The translations under genes and the position numbers were made by a program. The notes under the pieces are model-generated. The model saw only the letters and a program-made list of their open reading frames with translations, searched no databases and was not told the origin of the DNA. This document shows positions 1 through 14,100 of a stretch of DNA of 64,000 bases, in pieces; the first letter of the stretch is position 1, and each line of letters starts with the position of its first letter. The DNA is taken from the NCBI RefSeq assembly GCF_963853765.1, contig NC_088855.1, forward strand, positions 41,912,001 through 41,976,000. The letters run 5' to 3'. The stretch comes from Magallana gigas (taxonomy: Eukaryota).

Positions 1-43
1 CCATTCTGATAATTAAAAAAACACATAACACAGCAATTAATAC

Positions 44-3000
44 CTTTGTTAAAATGGAGTCTTTTTCATATGATTCACATAACTCATTGGATATCTGAAG
101 CAGAAGCTCAGGGCCCACTGCTTCGTTACCATGGATACCAGCCACAAGCAACATGTGATTAAGGGATGATCTATGTATTTTTTCGTTTTGGTTTCCAAAA
201 TCCAGCATCCATATATCTTTATTGTTAGAAGACTTGCCAAGACTAAAACAGCAAAAAATGTTGTTAAAATAGAAATACTTTTCAGTTTGATATATTAAAT
301 GTGCTGTTTTTTAACTCTAATGGTATTATTTCGTGCAATCTTGTGAATGGTGAGTTCATTTCCCAATATCTACACAACGATGCCATCAACCACCTCTACA
401 ATCTGTTTTCTTAATGCTATTGTTCGGTCCACTACACCTCACATTCTACTTACATTCCACACAAACATGTTGTCTTAAAAAATACAACAAACTGCTATTA
501 TCAAAAAACAAAAATACAGTTTGATACCAAGATCTGTAAAATGTTACATACATTTCAGTACATACAATACATAGAAGTGCATTGAATGCCAAAACATTAC
601 TTGTTTACCTGTGAAGATTGACCAACGCCTGACACTGCTTTGAGACGTTGTGGAGGAATTCCTCCATAGTTGCCAATGTGTGGTACCCCATCTCCTTTAG
701 TTCTGCATTCAGGTGGGCAGAGATTTGAGAGGTGGAGTCTTTCTGAATGACAGCTTGGTGAGACTGTGGCTCAAAACCTAGCATTTTCAGAATACAACCA
801 TAAGTACAGGTAAATATCAGCAAGGTTTTAAGACATTATATGTGTAGATGTTTTATATTAAACTACCTAGTTCTTATCTAATATATTCAAAGATTTTAGC
901 TTCTTACGATAACCCTAGTACAAAACCAACAGAAGTAAAACCATGTGTACATGTATCTAAGTATATTCAACAATTGGTCTTTTTACTGTTTAAATTTCCT
1001 TTACTTCTGCTAATCATTACATATATATGTATAAATGTATTACAATGTACTTGTATCAAAATAATTAGCATAACTGGTTCTGACCTTCAGCTTTTATATG
1101 GATTGTGTGTGGTCCTTGAGTGAGTGGAATGTAAAAATGGCCATCCTCTGAAGAGGAGAAAATTCCAGCGTTGCTATCAATAGTGATGGAGGCATTCCTG
1201 ATCACACTGCCACTGCTGTCCAGGACCTGACCAGCCACACCTTCAACAATATATCAGAGAAGCTTGTGACTCATTCAAACTCAGAATTTAAATGACTATT
1301 CATATTGCTTTTTTTTTGCCCCATTTTGAATTATCCACGATTTCAATACATACCGTATTTATAAAAGATACGGAAAACATGTGTTTGTAGGAAGTACCCT
1401 GTAAGAGGGTGGGTCAATATTGTATATCGGTTGGCTGTTATTTTTTACGGGTGATAGGTTGAATCCATGCTATGCATGACTTGCACACGTATATTGTAGA
1501 ATTCAGGTTTTTTTAAGTCATTCGAAGTTTGATGCCACATTACAACAGAATATCCTCACCCATCCCTCCCAAATCATTACGTATATTGTACTTTTGTCAG
1601 TTTGTTTTACATGATTTTTTTCTCCTTTTGTAGAATGAGTATATGAAAGTAAAGAGAGTTACATTGAATTTGTATAAATTCATTGTCATATAAAGTCTGT
1701 TGCACTTGCGCATGTGAGCTCATCCAATATATGTGTTTGTGTTTTATTTTATAAATAATTTCTCTTTGGTTGAACTGGTAAATTAGAGCATAAACTCCAG
1801 TACCTGTATACTAAAGGCAAATGGGCCAAAAACAATATGAGGGCAAAACAAAACAGGGTCAATATGATTTTGCTTGTTTTCACTTTCTTACCCTGTTTAC
1901 TTCTGAGGACCAGCTGTTTGATTGGCTGCATAGTTTTCATCCACAGCTCTGGTAACTGCTCAGGATGAGGGTATCTACAGCAGCTCACAAAGGCAGCAAG
2001 CTAAAACCCAAGAAAACCATTTTCTATTGATATGGCCAAAACAATCAATTCTTATATTCAATTTTTAAATATTTTCTTAAATTTTTAATATTTTTAGTAC
2101 ATTCTCTGTGGGAGAAACACAAATGTTTTATTGTCAAAAATTATTCAAAAGTTGAAATAAAAGTTCATGTACCATATATGAGTGGCCATTGAAGTACATG
2201 TCATCCATGAGGCTGTATGTTTGACTGTGGAGCTCAGCTCCATGGAAGATGCCGTGATTAGGGGACGTTTTACAAGCGTCTGGCTGATAGATCTCGGGAT
2301 AATTATCAGCAAAAGCATGAGCCAGTGACTGGAAGACTTCTTCATCTTCTGTCGCTGCAACACCATTGTGTAACTTCTGCCATGGCATCCTATCAATAGA
2401 TTTATAAGATTGATCAGTATACACAGCTGAATAAAATTATTATCCATAAAATCTGATGACAACTTACACTTATATCAAACTTAGGCCTAAACTTACATCA
2501 TGAAAAGTCCTCCACTCTCAACTGTCAAAATGACATCAAACTTGTGCTCTTCTTTTAATTTGTGAAGGAGATCTAAGGCATAAGGCTGTCCAATGCAAGA
2601 TGAAAAATGGCGATTACACATTTTTACATGCATATTCTTAAATTTTGTAAATACACTTTATTACACTGTAAAAAGGTTTGTGTAATCCTAAAACTTCTAT
2701 CTGTTTGTGTGCATAACTCACAGAAGTAGATGCCAGTCCATTTGGAACCTCCTCACAGCTGTAATTCTGGTAAATAGTGGCTGCTTCCTCAATTGATGGC
2801 AGGTTCAGATAGGGAATGATATGAAGATGGACCTCCTCAAATATCTTCATGGTTACTGGGTCTTTCACCTCATGGCCTAATGAATGGCAAGAGAGAATGT
2901 ATGGTTGATCTCTCATATCTTAACGTTTCATAGTTATCATAATAAAATTCTTATTATGCTTACAGCTAAATTGAAAATAACTCACCTTTAATTTGATGTC

Positions 3001-6000
3001 GAATAAAATTCGATAACATATGAGCTCCTACAGGACTCTTGTTATTAGAGAATCCTCCAATAAGTAGCACATGTGGTTTTTCATCTTCATGCTTGCTCAA
3101 ATTAGTGGACAAATGAACCAAATAAACTAGGTCAGGATTGGGGGAGGTGGACCTTTTCAGGCTTCTAGGGAGTTCCTGCACCTCCATAACATCAGAATGA
3201 CTCTGTGCTATGCTTTTCATTTCTGACAGAAGATCTGAATTGCTTCTGTACTCTCTTTTCAAGTTTTTTAGTAACTGGAAGTCCTCTGTTTGTGACCATT
3301 GGTCAAGTTCGTTTCGAGACAGAGTGAAATTGACCTCTACTGCTTCATCTGAAGTCACATGGACTTGAATGGTCTGGGAGGTGTACCTGTAAACATTTTC
3401 CAACAAGGGTGTTACCAGGTACGCATACATCCTTTTGTGTATTCATTTCTCTTAACCTAAATTCTTTAAACATCAGTTACCTCTTAGCTTCGCTGAATTT
3501 GAATATGTTTTTTCAATTTATAAAGACCTAAACATTAACAACATATATATCAGTGGCACAAACTCACCCTTCATTAGAGGCCGTGATTTTGTAGTTCCCT
3601 GGCGCTAGGAGTCTCCAGTAATCCCCGTCACTGGCCGTGTGGATTGGATGATCTATCCCCTCCACCGAGATGGCCGCATTGACCAGAGGACTGTCAGAAT
3701 CTTTGTCGTACACAAAGCCTCTCACACCTTTATGTATCTGTGAAATATATCCCAAAATGATGGTAAGTTGATGTCCACTTAATAGTAGTTAAAAATAAGA
3801 CTTTAACCCATTAGAAAAGAATTGTAGTGCAAATGCCATGTCATCGTAAAATACAGACAATGAAAAAAGAATTTTATCTTTATGTGTACCTGACCAATGT
3901 ATTCCAGCAGAGCAAATTTATTAGCAGCCCAATAACTAGGAAGGTCTTTTGCCAAAGGGTACTTTGTACAGCCAAGTTCTATGGTTATTTCAAAACAGTT
4001 GGTGTTCAGGTAGTTCCAGTCTTGCATTCCTCCTAAAAAAATAGAGTACATGTGTATCAAGATGCGCTGTATTAAATTACATTCTCAAAAATAATCATAT
4101 ACTGGTCAATTACATGGAATCACCAGTCAAAAAAGAAAAATCATAAGAACTGTTATAGACTAATTTGCATTTGGGAGATTCATTCTTTTAACAAATTCTT
4201 CAAGGTATATTGCATTTCACAAAGAGAGCAAGCCTTACCAGAAACACTGTACCACTGAGCTCCATTGGTTATCCCATCTTTGAAATATTCATTATCTATA
4301 TTTTTGCAGGGATGTCCTTGGTGCATAGTGGAATGAGCCTAAAATAATAACAACATCATTTCAAATTTTTAAAATTAAATAAATCACAAAAATTCTACAT
4401 GACAAACCCCCAAATCAGTCTTATTTACACTTCATTTGCAAGACTCAAGACCTGCCGTACTAAAATTACATGTATTTTCAACAACAAAAAATCCCTGCTA
4501 AGTATAAATCTTTATTTATTATTTATTTTACTTTACAATCACATTGTGTTGTCAAAAACATAGGTAATCACAGATTACAAAGCTCACCGAGACGAGGCAT
4601 CACCCTTATGAGACATCACCTTTATGAGACCACCTTTATCATATTATATGAAAATCATACTTTATGATCTTGGATATTCAAAAATTCTGTTTTGACACAA
4701 TATTGTATATCATCTGTTAAAAAAGTGTATGATTATCATAAGTTTATATGTTAATCAATACAATAAAATAAAAATAAATATTGCATCCTAATCATTCTTA
4801 CTTATATATATCATAAAATACAATAAAATACCATAATAAACATTCATATTACAGTTTAATCAACTATGCAAGTTTGAAATAGTACTATTATCTATTAAAC
4901 ATGTGACCTGTTCCAAAAAACTTAACCTTATCCAGCATCCGAAACCTAATAATAACTTAGATATCATCTTCAGAGGGCACCTGTTTCAAAAACTTTAACC
5001 AGCTCTTAAAACCTTAACCTCCTCCAGCATCCGAAACCTATGGCTCAGAATCAGCATACAAGCCTGTCAGGTGCATCAGTATCATAAGACGCACCATCCA
5101 TACAAGTTTGGTGAAGTTAGGACCAGCAGTAACTTAGATATTGCTATCAAAGGGCACCTGCAACAAAAACTTTAACCTGCTCCAAAAACCTTAACCTCCT
5201 CCAGCATCTGAAATTTAGGACCCAAATTCAGCATCCAAATCTCTCAAGTCCATAAGTAGGTCCAGATGCATCATCCATGCAAGTTTGGTGAAGATAGGAC
5301 AAGTAAATGCTTCGATACAGGACCTGCAACAAAAACTTAAACGAGGTCCGGACGCCGACGCCGGGGGTATAGCATAAGCTCCCCTTGACTTCATCTTGGT
5401 GAGCTAAAAACTACCTAACAAATGCTTTTCTTGAAAATATATGAAAAAAAAATGTTTTTACCAATGAATAGGCCTCTGAAATCACTTGAAAGATTTTGTC
5501 ATCTGGGCATTTGCTGTACACAGAAATGCCATTCTTGGTGTCATCATACGGATAATTTGCCAGCATGGACCCTCCATGAAGGTTTGCAGACAAGACAAAT
5601 GGGTACTTCTGTAGCCAGTCCATGACAGCTTGTGTCTCTGGCTCCTGCTTGGAATTGATTTGAGTTGTCTGGAACTGGTCTGGGAAATTCCGGTTAAGGT
5701 CAATTCCATGAGCATTCGCCCTGCCTGCTATACCTTGCACATCACCTGATGATTCATTAAGTATTGATACTTTTTATACGGTGATCAATTTTTCAAACTT
5801 TTAAAATGTTTAAAATATTCATTAATAAAAAACGAAAATTTAAAAAAAAATACTTGCATAAAAAACAAGAATATTCCATTTACCTTCATGCGCTATTTCA
5901 TATCCATCAGGATTCATCGATGGCATTATGTGAATCCTTGTGAAGTTCACCATTAGAGTCAAGAAGTGATTTTTGTTGTAATTCTCACATAGCAATTGAA

Positions 6001-9000
6001 TTAGATTGAGCAAAATTTCTCTCCCTACAACTTCATTGCCATGCATATTTCCTATGTACTTAAATTCCGGTTCTCCTGTTATTAAAAAAAAAGGTTATCT
6101 TTGATTACAATGACATATGCCGCAAAACCTACCGGTACATGTAATTACATAAATGAAGATTTTGCAATTTCAAGTTGATCAGCTTTCAGTTTCTCTGTTA
6201 TAAAATAATGCTAAAAGATATTCACAGGTAAAGAGATCAACTGACCCGGTTCATGTTTTCCTGGGTTATCAGTGATTTCCAGCACCCACAGGTGTCTGCC
6301 CTGGACACTGAGTCCTATACTGTACAGTTTGGTGATGTCCGGATACTTCTCACTGAAAGTCCTCATAAAACGCTCCATCTCGTCGTAATGGTGGTGATGG
6401 AATTCCTTTGGTTCTATGAAATTGACTTTTTCTCTGTGGGAATAATCCTTGATTTTGTTGATATGCTCAATCAGGCTCTCCAGAGTGTTTGGCTCCTCTG
6501 GTGTACTGGAACTTGTGGTTGTGGAGATCACAGGGGTAGTAGGGGTTTTCTGGGGGATAGAATTGGGCAATTGGGATTTTTTAACACTTCCTCCAGGAGT
6601 GGGCTTTATACTGAATGAAAAAAAAAAATCATTCAACTTTTTTCAAAAACTTCATGAATTTTTCAAAAAATTATGTTTTATCTACTCGGAAATTACAGTA
6701 ATAGTTCCAACCATTAAACTGATTTTAAAATTTTTATCATGATGAACACAGAATTTGTGAGTACCTTACTCTGCTAAGGCTAATCGTACACTTTTTTTTA
6801 ACATATACATGAGCAGTATTGAATTCTTTGAGTGTTCAGTGATAAACCTTGTTTCAATGTTCTTTACTTGGGGCTTGTCTGGCATCCGTATATCTTAAAG
6901 TGTTTTAATATATTCCCAATTCATCTAATTGTTACAAAATGTGAAAATGCAATAAGTGACCAAAGTTGGACACTAAGTGAACTGGAGTTCGAAATAGGTT
7001 TACATCTGAATGATGTCATCCGAGAGGCATGTTCGAAGCAATTACTTATTAAGAATTGAATAAATATATTTTTTCAAAGTGAATAAGTTTCATACAAGGG
7101 GACGGAGTAGGTTTGGGCTAAGATATTTCCATTTTGTAAGAAGAAAGCTTCATAATAACAAATTTGCTTGATATTTTACCCAAACAAACTTTGCATAAAT
7201 AACCACAAGGAGTATACCTGAAGCGACATAACGTCACGCTACTCAACTGTAGCAGATTTAAAAGAGCATAGTTAAATTTTTATCAACTTTTCTATTTTTG
7301 ATGTTTACAATACTTCACTAAAGTATTTCTAATGGTCTGAAAAATTACATCAATGTTCAAGTTGCAAGCAAGATAAAGAACTTGCATTTTGTTGTTATGT
7401 AAACAAAGCTGAAGCCATGTTTTTGTTTGAAATTAATGAAGGAAAATATATCAAAAACAACTTGAATTCCCCCAACTGGTGCTCATTTTTACTGTGTTTT
7501 GACTTCCCACTTTGTTTTCACACCCTGAGCATAAAGACCCAGATGATAAATTGTTCCCATGCAATAACTCTATTACCAAACTGAATGACAACAAAAGCAG
7601 CATCTGTTGAAAGTTTATTAATACAATTAACAATGCCAGAATAATTGTTGAACAAAGTTGGCATCTGACTTGCGATTGCATCCAACTCAAGATCATTTTA
7701 CCCTACAATCAAATAGTATTCGCAATCCAAACTGCTTAAATTACCTCTTCATCAGTGGTTAAATTTTTTTTGCTTTCCAGTTGTATAGCAAATTTTAATG
7801 AACACATGATCGTAATATTTTATCGATCCCTTTATAAAGATTCCATCTGTTGATATCATCAATTCATAATAATTTCTACATGTATAACCTATAATATGAC
7901 ATACCTGGCCCCTTTTGATCCCTGTTTGACAAGGTTAAAGTTCAAATCAACAGCTGGTCCTCCCGTCACTGTCACATCTTGCGTCTGTGGTTGAAAGCTT
8001 TTAAATAGAAAAAAAAACTACAATATTTTCAAACCAATAGCATGGAGGACTTGAAAGCTAAAATATGTAAGAATTATTAATCCTATATTAAATATCAAAA
8101 ATAAAATGGTGCAAAATTCATTGCTCTATTTTAATTCATGTTTCTTAAAACGAAACCAAAGCCAATATGCACAATTATCCCTCATCTAGCCATGGTTGAT
8201 TGAGAAGAAAAATCTTAAAAGATCATAAAGGTGTTGGCCTACACCAAAACAAGTACTGTAGATTCCTAATTAAATGCGAGGAATTAATTTCCGCGTAAAA
8301 TCGCGAGAAGCAGCCCTCGAGGATTTTAAAGTCTCGCTTTTATTTTCCAGACAGTTTGAACTATAGGAAACTATAACAAAAAAAATTGGTGATTGCGATT
8401 TTATATTCTCGCGATTTGATATAAGATAGCGGAATTAAGTACTTGCGTAAAATAAGGAATTTACAGTATAGTCATAGATCATCCTCTGATGTTACCTTTC
8501 ATAATTAAGACTAAGTTGGAATAAAAAAAAACCAGGCTGTTTGTTGCTCCTGCAGTATCAGTACACGATGGGTAGAATTCAAACAGGTTAAACTTGTTAT
8601 AAAGTAAGCATGAATATTCAAGTTAGAAATACTTAATCCAATAAAGTAGCAATGATAGAGATATATATGTGCATAGCTTGCATGAATGCCCTGAGAAAGA
8701 TTACAGTAAAGCGATATTTGTCTGTGTACACACCCATCAGCAAGAGCTGTCATCTTGTAGGTCCCTGGCACTAGAACTCGCCAGTAATCTCCAAAGAAGG
8801 ATGTGGTGATGTTATGTTGGATTCCTTCCACCACAATGACAGCATTCCTTATTCCATTGTTTGTCTCCCCATCCTTAACAAAGCCTTTCACACCTTTGTG
8901 TACCTAGAACCAGTTCAATTCATAAAACTTAAGTAAATGAATAACCAGTATATTTAACTTCAAAACATTCAAGCATATAAAGGTATGATCTCAGGAAAAA

Positions 9001-10694
9001 TAAAATTGCAGAAATATTTATGGCTATTTTTATGGAATGTATGTAAAATTACTGGTACTGGTACTTACTTTGCATTAATTGCAAAACTTACATCATTGTT
9101 AAGATTTTAAATAAAATCCAGTCATATTGTTTGAATTTATATGTATCTGATTAATTTCACACCTCTTCCATGTAGGCCAAGAGAGATTCTTTATTGTTGA
9201 ACCACTCAGTTTTCAGTTGTGTGGCCTTGGGATATTTACAACACGACAACTCAATGGTAATCTCCATACAGTTACTGTGGAGGTAATTGTAATCCTCCAT
9301 TCCACCTAGTAACAAAGTCCATGGCAAAAGGTTATAATTGTAAAAATAATTCAATTTCCTTCATTCATTTAATTATTATAAGTATCCCCAAAGCTACAGG
9401 TGCTTACGGAGTTTGCAAAAGTATTAGTTTAAAAAATCTAAGTGCTAATCTTTCAATCTTGCCCACAAGCTTTTGAACACTTTCAAATCCAAACAGTCAG
9501 TTATAGAGCTGTACCGATATGAAAAGTTAAAGTTTCAACTGAACNNNNNNNNNNNNNNNNNNNNNNNNNNNNNNNNNNNNNNNNNNNNNNNNNNNNNNNN
9601 NNNNNNNNNNNNNNNNNNNNNNNNNNNNNNNNNNNNNNNNNNNNNNNNNNNNNNNNNNNNNNNNNNNNNNNNNNNNNNNNNNNNNNNNNNNNNNNNNNNN
9701 NNCATTTATCACTATCCAAAAATGAAGTTTACAACTTTTAGAAAAAAATAAGAATATTCACAGAGAATTAAAAGATCATCAATTTCAAAGAGGCAGATTA
9801 CAATTTTTTCCAATAAGATACACCGATTGAGGTTAATTAGATAAAGATCTTACCTGGAACATCATACCAGTGTGCACCATTAGTGATACCATCTTGGAAC
9901 CTATCTCCACAGTGGTCACCTGACTTCATAGTCTTGTGGTTGTTAGCATACACATGGGCAAGCTGCTTGAACACTGCATCATCAGGGGCAGCACTGTATG
10001 TTCCTTCAGATTTATGGGAAGCAGAATCATCAAAGGGGTAACTTGCAACAACACTTCCACCATGTAGATTGGCTGAAAGTACAAACTTTTGTCCTTCAAT
10101 CCAATTGATTATAGCTTGAGTTTCAGGCTGAATTTCATGTCTAGGGGCTCCCGAATACTGGTCTGGGAAATTTCGGTTTAGGTCGACCAAGTTTGCATTT
10201 CCTCGTCCCTTTTCTCCACCGCATTCACCTTCTCTAGCATTTTCAAAACCATCAGGATTCATAGTAGGCATGATATAAATGTTGGTGTTTTTAATTAGAG
10301 AAGTCACTCTATCATCTTTTTCATAATTTTCCAATAGGTATTGAATTAGATAGATAAGGATTTCTCGTCCAACCGCCTCATTGCCGTGCATATTACCAAC
10401 ATATTTAAACATGGGCTCTCCAGGCTCAACTCCTTCTACGTTGTCTGTGATCTGAAGGGCTAACAAATCCCTGTTTTTTACACTTTTGCCAATGGTATGC
10501 AGTTTAGAAATTTCGGGATATTTCTTCTCCATGTCGTGCATGAACTTTGACAAGTCATCATAATGATGATACTTAGAGAAGTCTATGTTACCATCTGTTC
10601 CTGAAGCTTCAATGTAATTAGTAGATACAAACACAATGAAATAAATTCCAATATGAAACATATTTTTAACATTTACACGTCTACTTCCCCCCAT
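44..10694 (-). CDS. CPD: Carboxypeptidase D (M14B metallocarboxypeptidase), 18 exons in window, continues beyond the left edge
   Basis: Frame-consistent GT-AG exons: 10694-9854, 9305-9163, 8903-8734, 7997-7905, 6610-6246, 6075-5884, 5745-5462, 4338-4239, 4032-3890, 3737-3568, 3386-2986, 2876-2722, 2585-2497, 2389-2173, 2000-1892, 1240-1085, 777-609, 242-44. Domains 1 and 2 carry GNMHGNE, DLNRNF, NLHGG and ITIEL motifs plus transthyretin-like subdomains (GDYWR). Domain 3 is degenerate and domain 4 starts in the last two exons. Start codon uncertain (10829, 10694 or 10661); a signal-like stretch [12 protein letters not shown] follows 10661. Confidence 0.95.
4900..5410 (+). mobile_element. Non-autonomous Helentron-associated (HINE-type) element with internal tandem repeats
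   Basis: Repeats of about 180 bp (e.g. gggcacctg...aaaaactttaacc at about 4975 and 5152, caagtttggtgaag twice). Ends in gacgccgacgccgggggtatagcataagctc...ggtgagctaaaaa, a terminal palindrome plus A-run typical of mollusc HINEs. Boundaries approximate. Confidence 0.65.
8256..8466. mobile_element. TA-flanked MITE (Tc1/mariner-like)
   Basis: TA|CTGTAGATTCCTAATT ... ATAAGGAATTTACAG|TA: imperfect TIRs with TA on both sides, in a CPD intron. Confidence 0.7.
9545..9702. other. Assembly gap (N run)
   Basis: 158 N bases in CPD intron 1. Confidence 1.
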
Positions 10695-10829
10695 ATTGTT
10701 TGTGTTTGGTGCGGTGTTGCTAATTTCCGGAAATCCCTTGTCATTGCTTGCATTGGGTATGTTAAAAAATAATGATAATATATGAATAAACATACCCAAG
10801 TAATTGTTTCCATAAAATTTTAACACCAT

Positions 10830-11173
10830 TTATAATTATTCATTCATAAAATAAAAAGACCAATATTTTGGTATTTTTTTCTCGGATCATTTATGCAGAA
10901 TTTCCATCTTTTTCCAATTAATTTTTAAAAAAAATTAATGCTCCATAATAAAAATTTGGGAAATTTATAACACTTAAAAATTAGACGGTATTTCATTTAT
11001 ATACAAATTTATGAAATTAATATATTTTTAAAAAATATATATCAATATTTATTAAAAATGTATCAAGATTCCGTATATTAGCTTCAAGAAAATATATCGG
11101 TACGCCTCGGGCAGAAAGATCCAGAGCTGCTCCGAGTGCAAAGTGTAAACACGCAGACCAATGTTCAACCAAA
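10830..11173. promoter_or_regulatory. Probable bidirectional promoter between CPD (-) and the CDP-alcohol phosphotransferase gene (+)
   Basis: Divergent start codons 480 bp apart (10694 and 11174) with a CpG-containing patch at about 11090-11160. TSS not determined. Confidence 0.5.
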
Positions 11174-14100
11174 ATGGGCTATGATGTTCTGATTTTTGTA
11201 CCAAATGTGATCGGTAGGACAAAGTGTTAGTTATTTCGTTTTTTATAGAGACCTTGTTTATAATGATACAAATAAAGAACTGTCATTGGTGATTATAGCG
11301 GATAAAAATAAATAATGTTATCTGTTATATATCAGATATAACATACTACTTGGAATCAAGTTAAGTCGTACCCAACCCGACTCGCACCCAAACCAACTCG
11401 TACCCAAATCTTTGAGTACGACTTCACTAGTCAACTCGTACCCACGGGAAAAATATATTTATACTAGGAAAATACAATACAATAGGTTTCATTCATATGT
11501 TATGTTTTTTATTTATGTTTTATTTAACTTTAAATTAACTTTGCCTGTTGCCTAATCCATTTGTTTACTCAAAAAATATGTTTTAATTATAAAACAATAT
11601 CTAATATAGTGATTTACTTACCGTTTTCTTGCAGGAAACACACCTCTTTCGAACCATGTTGATCTACCAAAAGTGATGAAAATGTGTGTTTTTTCTTAAT
11701 TATGAGCAGCATGTTTATTTTGTGCTGACAAACTCATCGGTTGATCGGTTGAACGGAATCACATAAAGCAATTAATTTTAATTTTAATTGATGATAGTTA
11801 ATTATAACCTGCTCATAACCATTCATGATCCGTCCGCATTCAAGTACAGAACTATAGTATACCAAATTTTTATAACAAATTCTTTTAAATTTGTTATACA
11901 ATTCGCATATTAATGTTATCGATAATATACAAAACATAACAACATACGAATAAAAGCCATTCATTTTATTTTCCTAATATAAATATATTTTTTCCCCGTG
12001 GGTACGAGTTGACTAGTGAAGTCGTACTCAAATATTTGGGTACGAGTTGGTTTGGGTGCGAGTCGGGTTGGGTACGACTTCACTGTAATTCTACTACTTC
12101 ACCATGTTCACTAATCCAAGATTCCTCTGATTCTAACCACCGCTTTTATATTGTGACGTGCGCACGTCACAATATAAAAGCGGGGGTCAGAGTCAGAGGA
12201 ATCTCTGATTACATGTTCACTAACGTTATATCCTGATATCAGGTCCATGTCCAGTACAAGCACTAGATTTAGCTAACTTGATTTACTTACTTGAATTAGG
12301 TTTATGTAGCTACCATTATGCAATTTTGCTTTTTATGTTAAACAGACAAAAAGTCGCAAGGAACTTCCTATGTTTGTACTGTGTCCTGTAGTTTTAGAAA
12401 AGCAAACTAGAGCAAACATAGTTGAAACGTGGCTTCTCTTGAGCAGTTTTAATGAAAACATGCATTTCTATTGTTTGAATAATTGAAGACATCTTGTATG
12501 CGGTGAGACATGGATAAGTGTGATTACTTCACATTATGCTGAATTACCGGTATAACCAATCAATTCTCATGTTAACCAGAACTGTTCTTTGTTATTTGAT
12601 TTAAGAAGTAGCTGTTTGGGAACACATAAACAGTTATACATACATAGTCCCAAAACTTTTAGAACTGTTTTCAGAACAGTTCAAAGTTGAAAATTATTGC
12701 TGCACCTGAGTGCATGCGACTTTTAGTACAAATGCCCATTTAAGACAAAAGTATGATTGAGTAGCTAAATATACCTACTTGACTGAGGTAGGTAAATAAA
12801 GCTATGCAGGTAAATCAAGTTATGTAGCTAAATCTGGTGACTGTACTGGACCTGTATATATATACTAGATATGATTTTATAAAGTGGTTTAGATTGGAGG
12901 TGCATATGATAGCTTTAAAAGGTTTTTAGGCCTAATAACCATTAGCCAGAACTTTAATACTTGCATGCATGATAGGGAAAAGGTCAAAGGGGTACTTTAT
13001 TGAATTTGAAGAGTCTATAATAAAAAGCATCAATCAATCTCAGTGCAAATCAAATTATAGGATGACTTTACTTGAATCCACCGCATCTTGGGTGGGTTTT
13101 TTTTTTTTGGGGGGGGGGGGGGGGGGTAGATGGGAAACTACATAGGCTTTCCATCTTCCTTTGTGTTATTCAAAAGTGTTTGCTTTTCCAAGGTTTTATT
13201 ATGTTTAATCTTCAAGTCCAATGCCAGTATTATATGCCAGATAATTTTGACCTTCTAAATACCTTTCTTCCGTTGTCCTTGGGGGTTCCATGCCAAGGCT
13301 TGCTTTGTAATGTTTGACTTGCTTTCCCCAGCGGATGCCCTATCCAACTCTATCTGTATGTTCTGATGGTCACCTCCTCTGGTTGTTGTTTGGTCCTCTT
13401 CCACAAGTCAAGTATATGTTGCTTATATGGTATAGAGCCACCTCATTTCAATATCAGTGTTTCACAAAGACCTTGACTGAGATCAAGGATGATGACATTT
13501 CTCTACACTGGTTTCAGCTCATATAGGGAAACTTTCTTATGTTGATGTTGAATGTAATCTGGACCTTGTGCTTGTTCTCAATGCCATGCTTCTCCACATT
13601 GGTCTTTAGAAAGACAAAAGCTTACAGGGCCTTCTTTTTCCTTCCCAAGATGTCTTCATTTTAATATTTAAGATGACAAGTTGTTTTTGCATTGCTTAGA
13701 TAATTATGGTACAAGCAGAGAGGTTTCATGTTATCTTAAAGCAAAAGGACTTTTGTGGGACATATCATTTATTGTAAAAATTATTGATGTTTTTTATTGT
13801 ATATTTTTGAAAATTAATATATTATTCAATAAACCTGCCCCTAGAAAACCATTGTTAAGTTAATAAACGTAATAATATGAAATAATTGTTAACACATTGA
13901 AATTTTGGTTTTTACAGGGTATGTTAGACTGATCCTGTTTGGAGCCAGCATTCCTTTTTTTGAACAGCCAGTTTGGTTTTTGACACTCTATGGAATATCT
14001 GTTTCCCTTGATGGTACGGTAACACAAATTGGAAACAATTGTCAAAATTTTGCCAACATTGGTTAACAGTAATTTGGGGGGATGCTACTTGTACAAATGT

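Noticed and set aside
9473-9751. ORFs spanning N runs (also 55266-55556)
   Set aside because: Artefacts of assembly gaps.
10695-10829. Longer CPD N-terminus from the ORF-track start at 10829
   Set aside because: The AT-rich extension pushes the signal-like segment about 55 residues inward; 10694 or 10661 is more plausible. Unresolved without 5' data.
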